Below, piece by piece: positions 60,361-64,000 of a stretch of DNA of 64,000 nt (position 1 is the stretch's first letter; every line of letters begins with the position of its first letter). The position numbers and the translations under genes were made by a program. Under the pieces are notes generated by a model, which did no database searches, was not told the origin of the DNA, and worked only from the letters and a program-made list of their open reading frames with translations. This stretch comes from an uncultured bacterium (GTDB lineage Bacteria; Chloroflexota; UBA5177; JANWHV01): assembly GCA_963729625.1 (NCBI GenBank), contig CAVSOU010000017.1, positions 256,001 to 320,000 of the forward strand, read 5' to 3'.

Positions 60361-62862
60361 ATGGAGAGTGTTCGATCGGTTCCGCTGATCAGCGGTGGGT
60401 GTGAGCCCAATGTCCCGGATCTGAAGTCAGGCTCTGATACTGCTTTGGCTGCTGATGCGCAGCGCAAAGCCGATCGCTTCCTGCTGCTGAGTGACGCGTG
60501 TCGCGAGTTGATGGTGCAGCGTGCGGTGCCCGATATCTGTAGTGCGCTCTACACCCAGACGAAGCGATTGGTCGACTGTACGGTCCTGTACGTCGGCCTC
60601 TATTCGCAAGAACGACAAGAGATAGACATCGTGCTGACGATGGATGCCGGCATCGCCTATCCCCTCCGGTCGGCCCGTGCGGTGGAGACGCTCATCGGCC
60701 GGGCAATCACCTCCAGACAACCGTTCGTGTACAGGTCCGGCTCTGGACGAGATCAGGTCCAGCCGTTCGTACAGGAGGCAAGGGGACCGCGATCCGCCCT
60801 GTTCGTGCCAATGATCGCCGGAGACAGAGTGGTCGGAGCAGCCGCGGTCCACACGTTCAGAGAGCGCGCGTACGACCAGGGCGACATCGTCGTGCTGCAG
60901 GCGCTTGCCAGTCAGGCGGCTGTGGCAATTGAGAACGCGCGCCTGTTCGAGCAGACGCGGGCGTGGGTGTCAAAACTGGAAGCCGTGCAGAACGTGTCGG
61001 CGGACTTGCACCGATGCGAGACGGCGGGCGAGCTTGGCGCGGAGACCGCTCGCGCTCTTCGGACGCTGCTCCCCTTCGACACGTACCGCGTCATGCTCGT
61101 CGAGGACGCCACGCAGGATCTCGTCACTTTGACGCAAGGCGCGAGCCGCGCGGAGGTGGGTGGCCCGCAGCCCGGCGATCATCGTGTGTGCAAGGGAGAA
61201 GGCGCCTTCGGCCGGTGCGCGAGCTCAGGTGAACCGGTGCTCATCAACGAGGCCACCGTGGGAGCGCGGAGCGAGGAGGCTGGCGTCGTCCCTCCACGTG
61301 AGCAGTCGATCCTGGCGGTGCCACTGCTTCATGACAAGGCGCTCATTGGCGTTCTTGGCGTGACAAAGCGCGGTTACAAGCAGTACTCGGCCGACCACGT
61401 TCGCCTGCTGCGGTTCGTCGCCGACCATGTGGCTTCGGCTGTCTTCACCACGCTGGTGCTTGAGCAGACGAAACAACGGCTCGATCGGCTCAACGACCTC
61501 GATCAGTCGCGGACGGAATGCATATCCACGATACGGCATGAGCTCCGCGCGCCGCTGGCCAGTATTGTGAGCTATACCGACACACTGCTGCGCTTCTGGG
61601 ATCGACTGACTGTCCTTCACCAGAAGGAGATGGTGCACACGATTCAGGTCTCCTCGACTCGCTTGCAGCGGCTGGTGGAGGATCTGCCCTGCCATTCTGG
61701 GCTGGACGGCGCGCACAAGTACAGCACCGACGACAGCGCTTCGAGCGCAGCCGTGGACGAGCACACCGGGGTGCCAAAAGCACCAGGTCCGGGACTGCAG
61801 CGGGAATCCGCGCAGACGGCAGTTCCGCTCCCAATCCTGCCGACAGCGACGCCAACCGCGGCTCCGGCGAGCGCGACGGTAGCCAACACGTCCCCGGCAA
61901 CCGAAACAAGCACGCCAACAGCGACCCAGACCGGCACGGCGCCGGTACGTGGAGCGAGTACACCGGTGCTACCGTCCGCAATCCGGACCGGTACACCGAC
62001 GAGAATCAGGACGGGTGCATCCGCCCAAACGCCGACCATCACGAATACTCTGGTCGTTGGCCAATTGGCGTTCCCGGCTGGTAGCGGATTCTTCGCACTG
62101 TACTACGGGTATATTCAGAGCCCTGCGCGGTCGGACGAGTATCTTCAGGCATTTGTTGCGGGATACCCCAATTTTCTGATCGTCGGTGACGGGCTTGCGG
62201 CGAGAAGTGATATCCCTGCATACCTGCACTCGCAGAGCATCAAGGCCCTGCAGTACGTTGCCTTGGGCTTCGGGGCCGGAAACGCGGACACGATCGATAC
62301 CACGGTCGATACCGCGATGGCTTCGGGCTATGACGGCATATTCTTCGATCAGGTGAGCACAGCGTCCGGCGACGGGGCGTTCCAGACCGCACGGTATGGT
62401 CATGTCAAGCATCATGGCGCTGGGAAGCTGGTGATCATGAACCCCGGCCTGGTACCGCCGGATGCCTCCATGTTCAGCTACGCCGATATCGTCAGCGTTG
62501 AGAACCAGTATGCTGCGAGGATCCCCAGCAGCTGGGGTATCCCGGCCTGGCGCTGGCTTGCAGTGCAGGGCGACCCGGCAACGTCGGCGGCAGCGTCGGC
62601 GGCAGAAGCGGAACGTCGTGCCAGCATATTCCGGTCGAATGGCGGCTTCTGGTACTACTCGTCCGGCCATGCGTCCTCCGGCTCCAGCGCGATATCTCCC
62701 GTCCCATCCTGGTACGGCGCGTTCGCGACGTGGGTAACCGGGCAAGGCGGGCCCGAGCTGCACGTGGCGCACCCGCAGGGGAAAGCAGCGGCCGACACGA
62801 AGGGTGCGGCCCTATTCGACGCGGCCCCGGAGATTGGCTTTTACGCTGCCGCGCCCAGGTAG
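60361..62862 (+). CDS. GAF-GAF-HisKA protein fused via a Pro/Thr linker to a GH135-like domain (no HATPase)
   Basis: SALFVPM..ALASQAAVAIENARLFE; SILAVPL; HELRAPLASI; then DGIFFDQ, IMNPG, ADIVSVE. Confidence 0.75.
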   Translation: MESVRSVPLISGGCEPNVPDLKSGSDTALAADAQRKADRFLLLSDACRELMVQRAVPDICSALYTQTKRLVDCTVLYVGLYSQERQEIDIVLTMDAGIAYPLRSARAVETLIGRAITSRQPFVYRSGSGRDQVQPFVQEARGPRSALFVPMIAGDRVVGAAAVHTFRERAYDQGDIVVLQALASQAAVAIENARLFEQTRAWVSKLEAVQNVSADLHRCETAGELGAETARALRTLLPFDTYRVMLVEDATQDLVTLTQGASRAEVGGPQPGDHRVCKGEGAFGRCASSGEPVLINEATVGARSEEAGVVPPREQSILAVPLLHDKALIGVLGVTKRGYKQYSADHVRLLRFVADHVASAVFTTLVLEQTKQRLDRLNDLDQSRTECISTIRHELRAPLASIVSYTDTLLRFWDRLTVLHQKEMVHTIQVSSTRLQRLVEDLPCHSGLDGAHKYSTDDSASSAAVDEHTGVPKAPGPGLQRESAQTAVPLPILPTATPTAAPASATVANTSPATETSTPTATQTGTAPVRGASTPVLPSAIRTGTPTRIRTGASAQTPTITNTLVVGQLAFPAGSGFFALYYGYIQSPARSDEYLQAFVAGYPNFLIVGDGLAARSDIPAYLHSQSIKALQYVALGFGAGNADTIDTTVDTAMASGYDGIFFDQVSTASGDGAFQTARYGHVKHHGAGKLVIMNPGLVPPDASMFSYADIVSVENQYAARIPSSWGIPAWRWLAVQGDPATSAAASAAEAERRASIFRSNGGFWYYSSGHASSGSSAISPVPSWYGAFATWVTGQGGPELHVAHPQGKAAADTKGAALFDAAPEIGFYAAAPR

Positions 62863-63357
62863 CTCGCTGCAGACCCTCACGGATTTGCCCGCTTTGGCTG
62901 GCGGAACATGTGTTGACTGCGCTGTGAAGGGCCTCGGCCGGAATGGCCAAGATGCCGCCCAGGCAACCCGTGGCTGCGGATTCTCGACGCAATCAATGAC
63001 CCGGTCAGGGAAGCGACGCATATGGCCCGAACGGGTACTTAAAAGTTGCATCTGCGCGCATATAGTAAAGAGGCCATGGCGCGTCTTGTCGCGTGGATTG
63101 GAAGTCTTTCAAAAGCGACACCAGGGAGAATTGCATACGGCTCGACATCGGGCATGGCCGCATCTGGGACAGTCACGCCCCGCGGCGGGTCGCGATCGCG
63201 ACCTGCTACAGGAGGGCAGGGAGCTGAATGTCCACGCAGGTTGCTTCTTCAGTGACGCGGCGGGCAGGGGCACGATCCCGGTCGCGGCACATCCGTTGAA
63301 AACCAGAAAGGGCGGGCTGTCCAACCTACCGCCCAAGAGGATGGGGAATTTCGCGCG

Positions 63358-64000
63358 ATGAAGATGATGCATACAGGTGGAGCTGGCGGCTGGAATCCGC
63401 AAGAGCTGACGCCGATCATCCTGCCTATTGCAGCGGAGGCGGAATCAGTTTTGGTCAGGCTCCTGCGCTTCTCCTCCACCGACGGCGGCCGGCATCAGTG
63501 GACGTCGCGCCGCATCGGAAACGCTCACTCCGTGCTGCTGACCCTGCAAAATGGGCCGCTGGCCGAGCTGCGACTGCGTTTCGCCGCCTTCGCCGGGGAA
63601 GACTTCGAGCGACCGCGCACGGCCGTCTGGGTCACCGGCGAGTTCGCCACCCACCCTTGGCAGCTTGATGGCGTACTGGAGCGGTGGCGCGCGCGGCGTG
63701 AGGCCTGCGCACTGCGTGACGAGGTGCTTGAAGCGCTGCAGGCGCTCGCGCGCTCGCAGAGTGCGACTCCAGAGGCGGCCACGCGCGCCTACGCGCGCTG
63801 GCAGGTCACTGCCGCGGCCCGTCTCGACATCGGCGGCAGGATATGGCGGGCCGAAGTGATGGACGTGAGCGAGGGTGGCCTCTCTATGGCGATCGCCATC
63901 CGGCCGACCGCGGTTGAACGCGACCGTCACTTCTTCTTGGTCGCAACCAGCGCCGACGTGGAGATCCTCATTCAGCGCCAGGTCGAGCGGGCTGAAGCGG
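63358..64000 (+). CDS. PilZ-domain protein (3' partial; absent from the ORF track)
   Basis: Manual translation gives an open frame to the window end with RAYAR (RxxxR) followed by DVSEGG (DxSxxG). Confidence 0.7.
   Translation, partial: MKMMHTGGAGGWNPQELTPIILPIAAEAESVLVRLLRFSSTDGGRHQWTSRRIGNAHSVLLTLQNGPLAELRLRFAAFAGEDFERPRTAVWVTGEFATHPWQLDGVLERWRARREACALRDEVLEALQALARSQSATPEAATRAYARWQVTAAARLDIGGRIWRAEVMDVSEGGLSMAIAIRPTAVERDRHFFLVATSADVEILIQRQVERAEA

Noticed and set aside
62804-63361. 185-aa ORF
   Set aside because: Overlaps the upstream gene, has no motifs, and is more likely the promoter region of the PilZ gene.

Overview
GC-rich bacterial window, probably from a Chloroflexota-like monoderm (inferred from Pro/Thr-linker secreted proteins, long Tat-like leaders and the Gram-positive-type pel layout). 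No rRNA, tRNA, CRISPR array or transposase was found. Five blocks: (1) 1-10.4 kb is a defence island. A DISARM class I-like drmD SNF2 helicase and a frameshifted drmMI adenine methyltransferase are followed not by drmABC but by an Abi/DRT class 1-type reverse transcriptase, a frameshifted CBS+HEPN protein, a GmrSD start remnant fused to a second 111-bp copy of the MTase 3' tail, and a DUF3644 HEPN protein. (2) 10.5-25 kb holds a FecR/beta-helix protein, a sugar ABC transporter and two divergent peptide ABC clusters. (3) 25-34 kb holds a GNAT, two GH26 enzymes, and a BlaI/M56 module with a TlpA-like thioredoxin, a tandem two-domain sulfocyanin and a beta-propeller, plus two matching operator palindromes. 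(4) 34-43 kb is a glycosyltransferase cluster and glmS. (5) 43-64 kb is a Pel-like exopolysaccharide locus (pelD-E-F-G) with two Agd3-like deacetylases instead of PelA-DA, a GH114/GH166-like hydrolase, a GH135-GH114 fusion, a GAF-GAF-HisKA-GH135 chimera and a partial PilZ protein. The best candidates for undescribed systems are the repeat-bracketed RT + CBS-HEPN cassette and the Pel/fungal-GAG hybrid locus. All family calls come from motif recognition; no database search was run.
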